Below, in pieces: positions 47,358-56,937 of a stretch of 64,000 nucleotides of DNA (positions are counted from its first letter, which is position 1; the number at the start of each line of letters is the position of its first letter). Source of the DNA: an uncultured virus (IMG/VR IMGVR_UViG_3300023081_000010) (lineage: Duplodnaviria; Heunggongvirae; Uroviricota; Caudoviricetes); the IMG/VR virus record IMGVR_UViG_3300023081_000010; one strand, given 5' to 3'. The position numbers and the translations under genes were made by a program. The notes beneath the pieces are model-generated. The model saw only the letters and a program-made list of their open reading frames with translations. It ran no database searches and was not told where the DNA came from.

Positions 47358-48838
47358 AACTTAATTTCCGTTACACTGTTCTTGACTAAATTTACAGCAT
47401 CACGACAAGTAATCCATGTTTCATCTGGTTGACTTGGCAATTGCAAAAATTCTAATTCTATATTTTTTAAATGGGTATGACTATTATATATCTTCTTGAT
47501 ATTTTCTATATTAAACATACGCAACCCGTGCATTACTTGAATCCAATTTAAACAATCATAAATTCTATAGGTTCCGAACGTTCCGTCTTCTGGTAATAAT
47601 GTTTGACTAATAAAATTATTTTTAAAGTTTGATAAATTCTCTTTATTAAAATCTGTAATCTTCATTTCATTCTTACACCATTTCCAAAACTTAGTGTCTT
47701 GTCTTTGAGTATAATAATGTAATTGTATAAAGTCTAAAATATTAAACATCATGTCATCAACAATTTCATTATATTTGTTAATTGTTCCTTGATCTGATCT
47801 ATTCCAATTCCAAAGAGAACTTGCTAGTAGTCTACTCTGTTGTATAGTAGTTGATATGCTACTTGCTTCTAACGGTTCAACAAAGTTACTGCTTAATCCA
47901 ATACAAACACAATTTTTAATCCATGCTTTGTTTACTTTTCCTGAAGTGTATTTGATTCTACGTCCTATGTTTAAAGGAAAATCAAAGTATTGTTGTACTT
48001 CTTTTAATGCATTTTCTTCTGAAATAAATCTATCATCATAAACATATCCGTTACCGAATCTATCCTGTACAGGAGCTCTCCACATCCATCCAGCATTCAT
48101 AGAACGAGATAGTGTATATGGAGGAATATTTTCTTCGTATGGTGTTTGAAAAGCCAACGCACTGTTTGTAGGTAAGTACTCTGACCAATCAACCCATTCT
48201 GCTCCAAGTCTTGATGCAAGTACTCTTTTAAATCCACTGCTGTCTATAAAGAAATCTGCTGAATATGATAGCCCATTGTCATCGACTATAGAGGAAATAA
48301 ACCCTTCGTTATCTAATACACAATTATTGATCTCAGCATCAACAACTTTAATATCTCTTTCATCACACTTTTTTAGAAGATACGTGTTTAATTTTTCGCT
48401 GTCAAAATGAAACTGATAGTATTGATCTAACGGTTCTCTAATATATCCGTCCATAGGCAATTGCCAGTGCAGATTTTCTGTGCCTGTACCATCTGCAATA
48501 AGTTTAAGCATAGCATACGGAATACCTGTATAACTATCTGTGTCTACTAGAGCTTCAGGCAAACTATGATAGTAACTAGTTCCATCACCATGCCAATTTT
48601 CAAACTTAATTCCTATCTTAAATGTAGCACCGCACTCTCTTATCATATCTACGATTGAAATTCTAGTTGCAGAAGCAAACATTTTCCAATGTTCAGTAGA
48701 TCCTTCGCCAACACCGATAGTTCCAATCTTGGATGATTTAATTACAGTTAGGTTAAGATTAGGAATACTTTCTTTAAGGTATAATGCTGTCATAAGACCA
48801 GCATTGCCGCCGCCTAACACAATTAGGTCTTTTACCAT
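47354..48838 (-). CDS. Flavin-dependent halogenase 4
   Basis: GGGNAG, GVGEGS, ATFK, GWMWRAP, FVEPLEASS; close paralogue of 45849. Confidence 0.9.
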   Translation of the reverse strand: MVKDLIVLGGGNAGLMTALYLKESIPNLNLTVIKSSKIGTIGVGEGSTEHWKMFASATRISIVDMIRECGATFKIGIKFENWHGDGTSYYHSLPEALVDTDSYTGIPYAMLKLIADGTGTENLHWQLPMDGYIREPLDQYYQFHFDSEKLNTYLLKKCDERDIKVVDAEINNCVLDNEGFISSIVDDNGLSYSADFFIDSSGFKRVLASRLGAEWVDWSEYLPTNSALAFQTPYEENIPPYTLSRSMNAGWMWRAPVQDRFGNGYVYDDRFISEENALKEVQQYFDFPLNIGRRIKYTSGKVNKAWIKNCVCIGLSSNFVEPLEASSISTTIQQSRLLASSLWNWNRSDQGTINKYNEIVDDMMFNILDFIQLHYYTQRQDTKFWKWCKNEMKITDFNKENLSNFKNNFISQTLLPEDGTFGTYRIYDCLNWIQVMHGLRMFNIENIKKIYNSHTHLKNIELEFLQLPSQPDETWITCRDAVNLVKNSVTEIKL

Positions 48839-49458
48839 CCTTTATCCTTATTCAATATTTTAATAGAGGCAACGCTATCTGTTGCTAATTTATAATTTAC
48901 AAGCCCCTGCGGCATAGTATTAAAACTAATAACGTAACGATCTTTATCGCCTATGTGTGGAGCACTAAAGTGAAAAAGCCAACTAGGAAAAATAATTAAC
49001 TTTCCTGGTTCTGCTTCTATACTTTGATGCGGGCTTGAATCTTTATCTAGTTCTCTTAAAACTTCAAGTTGTGCTTGTGTACGATGTATTACCGGATCTT
49101 CAAACACTGTAGGAGATCCTTCAGTAAGATAAAAAACTGCACTAAAGAAACTCATACTATGTCTATGCAAATTCAATGACATTTGAGATTGAGGTAATGA
49201 TCTGTTAAACCAACTACTTGTTATTTCAAAACTATCGCAGTCATATTTTTGCTTCAATCTAATTTCATCTAAACACTGTCTAAACCAATCAAATAATTCT
49301 TTCAATTCAGGCTTATCGTGTAGATTTCTCATTGATGAAATAACATCAGAATGTTTAATCAAATCAGCATATTTTTCGCAGTCTACTATAATTTGATCAA
49401 AATCAAATTCTTTTTTAAATTCGAATAATTCTATAGGAAAAAGTTTAATTTTGTTCAT
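48832..49458 (-). CDS. 2OG-Fe(II) oxygenase (TIGR02466-like); start probably ATG 49458
   Basis: LFPI, SWFN...HRH.MS..S.V.Y, IFPSWLFH, RYVISFN; TAATG coupling. Confidence 0.85.
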   Translation of the reverse strand: MNKIKLFPIELFEFKKEFDFDQIIVDCEKYADLIKHSDVISSMRNLHDKPELKELFDWFRQCLDEIRLKQKYDCDSFEITSSWFNRSLPQSQMSLNLHRHSMSFFSAVFYLTEGSPTVFEDPVIHRTQAQLEVLRELDKDSSPHQSIEAEPGKLIIFPSWLFHFSAPHIGDKDRYVISFNTMPQGLVNYKLATDSVASIKILNKDKGW

Positions 49459-50036
49459 TAGTATTCGATCCAACCTGTTAACAAATACTTTTCACCACTT
49501 AGAGGTGGATTACCTCTATGTGTATGAGTATAACCGGCTGGCCAAATTGCTAATGTACCTTTTGTAGCAGGAACCCTTACAGACTGATAAAGCCATTCGG
49601 TTTCTCCTCCCTCATCGACAGTGTTAAGATATAACCCCCACGCAGCAACTCTACCTGAACGTTCTCGGTTATCAGATTCGTAATGCCATACATGATAACC
49701 TTCTCCTGGTAGGGTTTTTTGCAGTTTCATATAGTAAATTCTGTGTGGATCGACAGATGATAATACACTGTAATGATCTATATATTGTTCCCAACAATAA
49801 ATAATTTGCTGGACACTGTCCCTAACCGCAGGGTTTTCTGTGGAAAGATTAAGTGCTGGAGGTTCGAATAAAAATGCAGCAGAGTCCTTTTTTAGGTGCC
49901 CGGGAGAATCGTTAGTGCTAATTCTAGTATGTGACATACCTAAATCTGTTAGTTGATCATAATATTCAATCAATTTATCACAGGTTTCGTCAGTTACTGC
50001 GCTCTCGAATATTCCAATGTCTTTTAAGAGTTTCAT
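49458..50036 (-). CDS. 2OG-Fe(II) oxygenase (prolyl 4-hydroxylase-like); start probably ATG 50036
   Basis: GYHVWHYE, YLN.V.EGGET, WPA.YTH.HRGNPP...KY..TGW. Confidence 0.9.
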   Translation of the reverse strand: MKLLKDIGIFESAVTDETCDKLIEYYDQLTDLGMSHTRISTNDSPGHLKKDSAAFLFEPPALNLSTENPAVRDSVQQIIYCWEQYIDHYSVLSSVDPHRIYYMKLQKTLPGEGYHVWHYESDNRERSGRVAAWGLYLNTVDEGGETEWLYQSVRVPATKGTLAIWPAGYTHTHRGNPPLSGEKYLLTGWIEY

Positions 50037-50041
50037 ATGCA

Positions 50042-50049
50042 TATTTATA
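50042..50049 (-). promoter_or_regulatory. Canonical T4-type late promoter TATAAATA for the right arm of the enzyme cluster
   Basis: TATAAATA-TGCAT-ATG on the minus strand; a divergent TAAATA lies at 50088-50093 on +. Confidence 0.7.
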
Positions 50050-50122
50050 GGCGCTGTAAGCGTGATAGTGAAAGATATGGCATTAGATAAATACTATGTA
50101 ACAAATATGGTGCAAATACAGA

Positions 50123-51661
50123 ATGGCTAGATTACCGATTATTAATAACTTACGAATATCGCCTAGAGATGCTGATTTTCTTGACAGAAAAACCGGCGCC
50201 AAAGGCGAGATTTTTTACGATCAAACAAATAATACACTAAGAGTTTTTAACGCCGAAGATGTTGGAGGAATGCCGCTTGTTAAAGTGGATTTATCGAACG
50301 TTTCAAATGCTGCATTTCTTGCAAAAGCAGAATTAGCAGGAGTTGGTGGCGGCAGTGGTAGTATAGAATTAGGTGATACATCACCAAGTGCTCCTGAAAC
50401 AGGTACAATTTGGTTTAACACATCTAACGCCAGACTGTATGTTTATACTAGTGATGGAAGTTCTAATCAATGGGTTCAGCCAGTAAGTGGATTAGAATCT
50501 TTAGTTACTTCGATTTTAGATTTAGGTATCAGTGATGGCACAAATGGGCAGATACTCACTACAAACGGTTCTGGAACATTTACATTTGAAGACGCACCAC
50601 AAGGATTTGATGGCGAATGGAGTTCATTATCAAACACTCCGACTACACTAGCAGGTTATGGAATTACTGATGCAAGTACATTTGATGGTGCATTTTCATC
50701 ACTAACAGGAACACCAACAACACTAGGCGGATATGGAATTACTGATGGCGTTACATCAACAGCACTAACAACTACACTAGCAGATTACGCAACAACAACA
50801 GCACTAACAACTGCAACAGCAAATTCTTCTCAATGGGATTCAGCATACAGTTGGGGTAATCATGCGTTGTCAGGATACTTAACTGCTATAACTTCTCAAA
50901 GCATTAAGAGTTTATCAGATGTTGATTCAGCAATGTCGCCGGCACTTAATCAAGTTTTAAAATGGAATGGATCACAATGGTCTGCAGGAGACGATTCAGT
51001 AGCAGGCGTATCAGGAGTGGTCAATGGTGCAACACAGGCCAACCCGGTAGTAATTACTTCCTTTGGTGATCATGGATTATATGAAGGACAACCGGTAACA
51101 TTTTCATCTGTCGGTGGTATGACAGAACTTAACGGTAATGATTATTTTGCAGATGTTTTAACAAGTGGAACATTTGCACTTTATTCAGATTCAACATTAA
51201 CTACACCTGTAAACGGAACAGGCTTTACTGCATTTACAACTGGTGGTGTATTTACTGGCGGAGCATCCGTTGCTTCTGTAGGTAACTTTACATTTACAGG
51301 AAACATAATCGATACAGGTGATAGTTCGGCAATATCCTTTACTCCAGCAGTAATAATGAACAGTGATTTAACTGTTGAAAACAATGTAACAGTTAACAAC
51401 GATTTAACAGTAAGCAATAACCTTACTGTTCAAGGAAGTGTTATATCACAAGGTTCGGGTGTACCTGAACTATTTTCAGATAATGAAATACAATTAACAG
51501 CAGGAACCAGAGTAGAAGTAACATCATCTCCTATTAAGATGGCTTCATTTACAACCGCTCAACGAGATCTATTAACTGCACAAAACGGTGATTTAATTTA
51601 CAATACAACAACTAATAAATTTCAAGGTTATGAAAACGGTTCTTGGGTAAACTTAGTATAA
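50123..51661 (+). CDS. Tail fibre-like protein
   Basis: PTTL.GYGITD fibre repeats, G.IWFNT...LYVY motif, ATQANPVVIT..HGL..G domain, C-terminal G.LIYNT...FQGY..G.W. Confidence 0.75.
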   Translation: MARLPIINNLRISPRDADFLDRKTGAKGEIFYDQTNNTLRVFNAEDVGGMPLVKVDLSNVSNAAFLAKAELAGVGGGSGSIELGDTSPSAPETGTIWFNTSNARLYVYTSDGSSNQWVQPVSGLESLVTSILDLGISDGTNGQILTTNGSGTFTFEDAPQGFDGEWSSLSNTPTTLAGYGITDASTFDGAFSSLTGTPTTLGGYGITDGVTSTALTTTLADYATTTALTTATANSSQWDSAYSWGNHALSGYLTAITSQSIKSLSDVDSAMSPALNQVLKWNGSQWSAGDDSVAGVSGVVNGATQANPVVITSFGDHGLYEGQPVTFSSVGGMTELNGNDYFADVLTSGTFALYSDSTLTTPVNGTGFTAFTTGGVFTGGASVASVGNFTFTGNIIDTGDSSAISFTPAVIMNSDLTVENNVTVNNDLTVSNNLTVQGSVISQGSGVPELFSDNEIQLTAGTRVEVTSSPIKMASFTTAQRDLLTAQNGDLIYNTTTNKFQGYENGSWVNLV

Positions 51662-51669
51662 GGTGATCT

Positions 51670-53742
51670 ATGGCTGAGGAAAAATATTACCAACTTGGTA
51701 CGTATACCGAAGAACAATGGGACGAACTACATCACGAACTTGTACACGATGGCCATAATTGTGACGAAGTACCGGAACGTTGTATTGAATGTGATGATGA
51801 TAAATTACATAGTTCAACTCGCGGTACATACCTACTTACACAAGAAGAAGCAGATCAACTTAAAAATGATCCTAGAATAAGATTTATTAATATCGATTAT
51901 TCTAAATATCCAGAAGAATTTAAACCACCACAGGATGAACTACAAGCAGTCCGTCCAGAATTAGTAGCTCGTTATTCCGGAACAATTAAAAACTATAGAG
52001 AGTTTTCAGTTTCTAATACATTGCCAGGTGGAATACCTACAGCAGCAGATTCTAATCGTGCAAGTTATTCACTTTATAGACATCAACAGTTTTTAGATCC
52101 TTGGGTAGATAATTCACTAGCAGATAATGCTATCCCTGAAATAAATCCTACTCAGTACGGAACAGGAAAAAATATTGATGTTATTGTATGTGACGAAGGA
52201 ATGTGGATAGGACATCCCGAATTCCAAAACAATTGTGTATTACTTTCAGATGGAGTAACAGAAGTTGAAAAGCCAACAGGATATACAGGCGGAAATTTAC
52301 TTCCAGGAAACGGTACTTGCGATGTATTGGATCTTGTTCTTGATGCACCTTATTATATTGATCCAGAATGGTTTGATGCTGATCCAGGTACAAGATTAAC
52401 CACACGCTGGGACGGTACAACTGTTCCTGTGGAGAGTGTGGCAAGAGATTGGTGGGGGAATGCCGGTGCGCGAAGCGCAAAGTTTGCGAACGAAGGAACA
52501 GTAACAGTTAGCGCAACTTATACCAGATTAAATACAAGTGGCGATAATACTATTAGACCATCAGGCACTGATGGAGAACACGGCACACCTTGTGGTGCAT
52601 TAACATTCGGAAGAACACAGGGCTGGGCGTACAATGCTAATAAATGGATGCTTGATCTTTATGGAGCTTATGGTTCAGGTATTGAAGAAGGATTTGATAT
52701 ACAAAAACTATTTCATAGACTAAAACCTGTTAATCCTCTCTTTGGTGCAAAAGATCCAACACTAAGTTCTAACAGTTGGGGGTTTCGATCAAACAAGGCT
52801 CCAAGCGGATCCAATGCCAATGTTTCTAATGCATCAACCTTATATTATACTCACCGTGCAACTGCCAATGTATCCTATACAACAGAAACTGGAATTGCTT
52901 GGTTAAGTCATATGGGAACACAGGGGGACGGCGGACGTTGGAAAAGTCAAATGATTGATAATTCACTGACTACTGCTGAGGACGAGATGATAGAAGAAGG
53001 TGTGATATTCATAGGTGCAGCTGGAAATTCTAACCAAAAGGTAGTTAAAGAAGGTCATCCTGATTACAACAATTACATTACAACAACCGACGGCGGAAGT
53101 TTAGAAGGTTCAGTAATGTTTGAATTTGGTGTTGCTGTATACGGAACAACAAATAGAACAGGATTTCCACAACAAGGTGGAAGATACATTAAAGAAGATG
53201 GAACCACTGACTATAAAACTATAAACATCGGAGCATTAGATGATGATTATAATGGTAGTCTTGAAACTAAAGTAAGTTATAGCGATAGAGGTGAAGGTAT
53301 AGATGTGTATGCTGCTGCTGATGGCACACTAGCAGCAAACAAGGCTTATACCAATCAAGGACAGTATCCTGCTACATACAGTGGATTTACATATAACGGT
53401 GGAACTGCATATGATTGTGCTTTCAGTGGAACAAGTGCTGCTTGTCCTGTTGCTTGTGGATTTTTAGCAACAATTATGGAACACAACAGAGACTGGACAT
53501 GGAAAGAATTAAAAGAATGGTGCCTTGGACTTACAGCCCAAGACAGTTCGGACTTTTATTATGGTACTGAATCAACCACTCCTAACGATGCGAATTGGAC
53601 TGACTATCGAAGTTTAGAAGGTGGATCTCCAAGAGTTCTATATCAGGGTGCTGTTGATGCGAGATTTAAGATCGGGCCTAGAAAAGTTATGTCAAATTTA
53701 AACACTAGAAACGGTTTAAATATAAGAGTTAAGAAATACTAA
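51670..53742 (+). CDS. Subtilisin-like (S8) serine protease
   Basis: Catalytic motifs DVIVCDEG, HGTPCG, AAGNS, FSGTSAACP; N-terminal prodomain-like region. Confidence 0.9.
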   Translation: MAEEKYYQLGTYTEEQWDELHHELVHDGHNCDEVPERCIECDDDKLHSSTRGTYLLTQEEADQLKNDPRIRFINIDYSKYPEEFKPPQDELQAVRPELVARYSGTIKNYREFSVSNTLPGGIPTAADSNRASYSLYRHQQFLDPWVDNSLADNAIPEINPTQYGTGKNIDVIVCDEGMWIGHPEFQNNCVLLSDGVTEVEKPTGYTGGNLLPGNGTCDVLDLVLDAPYYIDPEWFDADPGTRLTTRWDGTTVPVESVARDWWGNAGARSAKFANEGTVTVSATYTRLNTSGDNTIRPSGTDGEHGTPCGALTFGRTQGWAYNANKWMLDLYGAYGSGIEEGFDIQKLFHRLKPVNPLFGAKDPTLSSNSWGFRSNKAPSGSNANVSNASTLYYTHRATANVSYTTETGIAWLSHMGTQGDGGRWKSQMIDNSLTTAEDEMIEEGVIFIGAAGNSNQKVVKEGHPDYNNYITTTDGGSLEGSVMFEFGVAVYGTTNRTGFPQQGGRYIKEDGTTDYKTINIGALDDDYNGSLETKVSYSDRGEGIDVYAAADGTLAANKAYTNQGQYPATYSGFTYNGGTAYDCAFSGTSAACPVACGFLATIMEHNRDWTWKELKEWCLGLTAQDSSDFYYGTESTTPNDANWTDYRSLEGGSPRVLYQGAVDARFKIGPRKVMSNLNTRNGLNIRVKKY

Positions 53743-53761
53743 ATACTACTGAGGTACATAA

Positions 53762-54643
53762 ATGGCAATTAATTATCCAGACAGTCCAACAAACGGACAA
53801 CAGTTTTCACAGAGCGGAACCACATGGCAATATGATGCCACTGCCGGAGTGTGGAACGTTCTTACCAGCGGAGGTGCTGGACAAGCTAGTAGTTTTGGAG
53901 TAATTGCTGTAGCAACACAAGACAATGTAGTTGCAGATAGTCCAACTGGCACATTAACATTAGTTGCTGGTTCTAATGTAACACTCACTACAGATGCAAC
54001 AACAGATACAGTTACAATTAGCTCTGTAGGTGCAGGTGGTGGCGAAGCAAATCAGAATGCTTTTTCTACTATAGCGGTAAGCGGACAAACTGATGTTACT
54101 GCTGATTCTGCAACTGATACTTTAACTCTTGCAGCAGGAACAGGAATACAAATTACAACTACTCCTGGAACTGATACCGTTACAATCACTAATACACAAA
54201 GCGGCGGCGCAGCAAACTTTTCTACACTACAAGATGCTGGCAATGCATCTTTAACCATTGACAAAGTTTATCTACCTGCAATTACAATGTTAAGCGTTAG
54301 TGTAAATGGAACAGTAGCATATAGATTCGATCAATATGGTGCAGCAAATGACAATCCTACAGTTTACTGTATTTCAGGAACAACTATAGCCTTTGATTTA
54401 TCTGGAGTCAGTGCTTCGCATCCTTTCCAGATACAAACAGCAGCAGGTTCGAACTATGATGAAGGTTTGTATCATGTATTAGATAATGGTACTGTAACAA
54501 CAGGTGCTTCTGCTAATGCTGCTTATGGTGGTGTTTTATACTGGAAGGTTCCTGAGTCTATATCAGGCGGTTACAGATATCAATGTTCAAGTCATGCCGC
54601 AATGGTTGGCAGTATAACTGTAAAAAGTTTCCAAACTTTATAG
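53762..54643 (+). CDS. Fibre-like virion protein with C-terminal cupredoxin-like domain
   Basis: Two F..IAV..Q..V.ADS.T.TLTL.AG repeats; SHPF...YQCSSHAAM.G copper-ligand pattern; TAAATA at 53740-53745. Confidence 0.7.
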   Translation: MAINYPDSPTNGQQFSQSGTTWQYDATAGVWNVLTSGGAGQASSFGVIAVATQDNVVADSPTGTLTLVAGSNVTLTTDATTDTVTISSVGAGGGEANQNAFSTIAVSGQTDVTADSATDTLTLAAGTGIQITTTPGTDTVTITNTQSGGAANFSTLQDAGNASLTIDKVYLPAITMLSVSVNGTVAYRFDQYGAANDNPTVYCISGTTIAFDLSGVSASHPFQIQTAAGSNYDEGLYHVLDNGTVTTGASANAAYGGVLYWKVPESISGGYRYQCSSHAAMVGSITVKSFQTL

Positions 54644-54916
54644 TTTAGCTCTTTTAATATCTTTAAGTTTACTTTCTAATTTTCTACGTAAAATAGAAAC
54701 GTTTTCTCTACTGTCGTTAGACATTCCTGATAATTTTTTTTGTGGATTTACAAATAGTTGATCATGATACATATCGAGGTTTTTAATCTCGCCGACTAAT
54801 TGTGTTAATAAAGATCCACATTCTTGTTTTAACGACTCGCTCTTAACGTTTTCGATTCTTTCTCTAAAACTAGCAAGTTCTTCTTTAACTCTTGGTTGAT
54901 CAAGTAAACGATGCAT
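54638..54916 (-). CDS. Hypothetical helical protein
   Basis: 92 aa, last gene of the minus-strand neck operon. Confidence 0.65.
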   Translation of the reverse strand: MHRLLDQPRVKEELASFRERIENVKSESLKQECGSLLTQLVGEIKNLDMYHDQLFVNPQKKLSGMSNDSRENVSILRRKLESKLKDIKRAKL

Positions 54917-55286
54917 TTTCTAACTCCAAAACTGTTTCTATCTTTGTTCTTATTAGATTATTATTTAATGTGTTCTTTAAACCTACATGAATATTCTTGG
55001 GTAGATATTCTAATGTAGCCCAACAAAATGTATAAACATCTGTAGGTAGAAATTCTTCGTGTACTAAGCAAATATAGGTGCTATATTCAAATCCTTGATC
55101 TTTGGATAGATATAATTCAATAGGAAGAATTTTACCTTTTGCAAAAGATTCTTGTAAATTTTTTGAATCTTCTAATACATTTTCTGATCTGACAAATGTA
55201 GGAACAGTCCATTTCTCATTTTCTAAAATAAGAAGGACTCGTCGAGTATCAGCTGATAGATATAACAAACCTGCACGTTTTTGCAT
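54900..55286 (-). CDS. Hypothetical protein, possibly degenerate NUDIX fold
   Basis: AGLLY...RVLLI...W..P pattern without a Nudix box; TAAGTA-N5-ATG start. Confidence 0.45.
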   Translation of the reverse strand: MQKRAGLLYLSADTRRVLLILENEKWTVPTFVRSENVLEDSKNLQESFAKGKILPIELYLSKDQGFEYSTYICLVHEEFLPTDVYTFCWATLEYLPKNIHVGLKNTLNNNLIRTKIETVLELENASFT

Positions 55287-55294
55287 AAAACTAC

Positions 55295-56758
55295 TTATGC
55301 GCCTTCTGGATCAAATCTCCAAAAACCTGGGGCATACTCTCCTTCGAATGATTTGAGCCATTGGATGCCATCCCATTTATATTGGATGCCAGTTTTAAGA
55401 TTGGTTATGTAGATGATCGAAACAGAAGTATCAGGATCCATTACAGTTTCCCACGAAGATCCGTCCCATTCAACAATGCTGTTTTGTTTTAATTTATAAG
55501 ATGTTTGACTAGAACCATCACTGCCCTTCCATGCTTCCGCTCCGTCAACATTTCCTTCGTATCCAATTTCTTCTAGTAATAGATAACGAGTTCCTAATGG
55601 AATACTACTTAAACCTCCCCATGCTTCGATAGGATTAAATGTAGTAGGATCAATAACAGCATCTATTGTAGTTAGACTACTTGCTGATCTATTCGATGAA
55701 GCTATTGCTGTGTTTGCAGGTAATGAATCTTGGTCCATACTTACTAACATTATGAAAGGATCTGTTGGGTGTATTGCACACGTTCCTGAAATTTCATTTC
55801 CGTTAGGTTGTCTGAAATGTACCATACTTGTGCCTGTTGTAAATCCGCCAAGCATAGCTGTTACACCGTTCCAGTCAAGTTTTTTACCGTCTGAAAATTC
55901 TTTAACATCTAATCCTAATGATTGTATAGCAGCAGTTTGATCTAATATTGTTAATTCATAATCATAATCTTGACCATTATTTGCTTTGAACAATAACACA
56001 GGATATCTTGCATTTACGTATGCAACAGCATTTGGATTTGAACTGTTGAATACTAATTGCGAAAGATCTTTTACATTGCCTTCTTCAGTAAAGATATTAG
56101 CAATAATACTTCTTACAATTCCTAATTTTTTAACTTTAGCTGGAGGCGAAATCCATACTGGTATTTCAAAGTCTAAACTACAAATATCAATATCTGAATC
56201 TGCTCCTGCTGGAATAGATCTAGATGTAAAGTTTGTTCCTGTTAGGTAAACAACACTCAAACTAGTCCAGTCTATATAGTTGTCATTTGTTTGTATTTCA
56301 AAGGCAGGATTAAACAACACCATAATTTGTTCTAGTATTTGTAATTTTTGATCTGTATTAGATGTCCATAAATCAGCTCTTACTGTGAGCTTATATGGTG
56401 TTGGCATCAATCTTTCAACTGTTACGTTTTTACCTGGTGCACCTGTATAAGTTCTATTTCCACTTTCGTCTACTGTATATTTTCTTTCACGTATGTTTAC
56501 CTTACTAACAAAAGTGGGATCAGTTAATCTTGTTGTGTCCATAGTTAGGCCTGTAATATAACAAGCCATTCTTGGAACTGTAGGCATTTTGTTTTCTGAA
56601 TTTTCACGGATAATATTTGCTACCTGTCTTGTTAGATCACCATACATAACAGGAATAGTCTGTTGATCACCATTACCGGCTTGATACTTAAAGCCTATGA
56701 ATATTCTCATAAACTGTGTTACGTATCTTCTAAGCTGTCCGTCGTAGAAAAAATCCAT
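55295..56758 (-). CDS. gp15: Tail sheath stabiliser / tail completion protein (T4 gp15-like) with C-terminal extension
   Basis: FFYD.Q.RRY..QF..IF, PVMYG, PRM, P.PY, Q.LEQI..LFNP motifs. Confidence 0.85.
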   Translation of the reverse strand: MDFFYDGQLRRYVTQFMRIFIGFKYQAGNGDQQTIPVMYGDLTRQVANIIRENSENKMPTVPRMACYITGLTMDTTRLTDPTFVSKVNIRERKYTVDESGNRTYTGAPGKNVTVERLMPTPYKLTVRADLWTSNTDQKLQILEQIMVLFNPAFEIQTNDNYIDWTSLSVVYLTGTNFTSRSIPAGADSDIDICSLDFEIPVWISPPAKVKKLGIVRSIIANIFTEEGNVKDLSQLVFNSSNPNAVAYVNARYPVLLFKANNGQDYDYELTILDQTAAIQSLGLDVKEFSDGKKLDWNGVTAMLGGFTTGTSMVHFRQPNGNEISGTCAIHPTDPFIMLVSMDQDSLPANTAIASSNRSASSLTTIDAVIDPTTFNPIEAWGGLSSIPLGTRYLLLEEIGYEGNVDGAEAWKGSDGSSQTSYKLKQNSIVEWDGSSWETVMDPDTSVSIIYITNLKTGIQYKWDGIQWLKSFEGEYAPGFWRFDPEGA

Positions 56759-56937
56759 TACTTACTTGCCTTTTTGAAATCGTGTGTAAACGCTGTTTTA
56801 TCACCTTTTGCCGCAGCGGCTCTTCTTTGCTGTAATTTAATTGCAAGAGGTTCGTCATCGTCTTTTTGTGGACGTCTTTTTATCGAAACTTTTTTTGGAC
56901 GACTAGTTGTAAAACCAAATATTTCTTCAATACGCAT
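56758..56937 (-). CDS. 59-aa basic protein missed by the ORF track (MRIEEIFGFTTSRPKK...KKASK)
   Basis: TAATG overlaps with both flanking genes; fills the gap exactly. Confidence 0.75.
   Translation of the reverse strand: MRIEEIFGFTTSRPKKVSIKRRPQKDDDEPLAIKLQQRRAAAAKGDKTAFTHDFKKASK

Noticed and set aside
35212..50036. Interpretation as a DNA hypermodification or host secondary-metabolite cluster
   Set aside because: No TET/JBP-type, nucleotide-modifying, NRPS or PKS genes recognised; phage late promoters and virion-gene context argue otherwise, although a non-protein substrate is not excluded
54900..55286. Active NUDIX hydrolase call
   Set aside because: The Nudix box (GX5EX7REUXEEXG) is absent; kept only as a low-confidence fold guess
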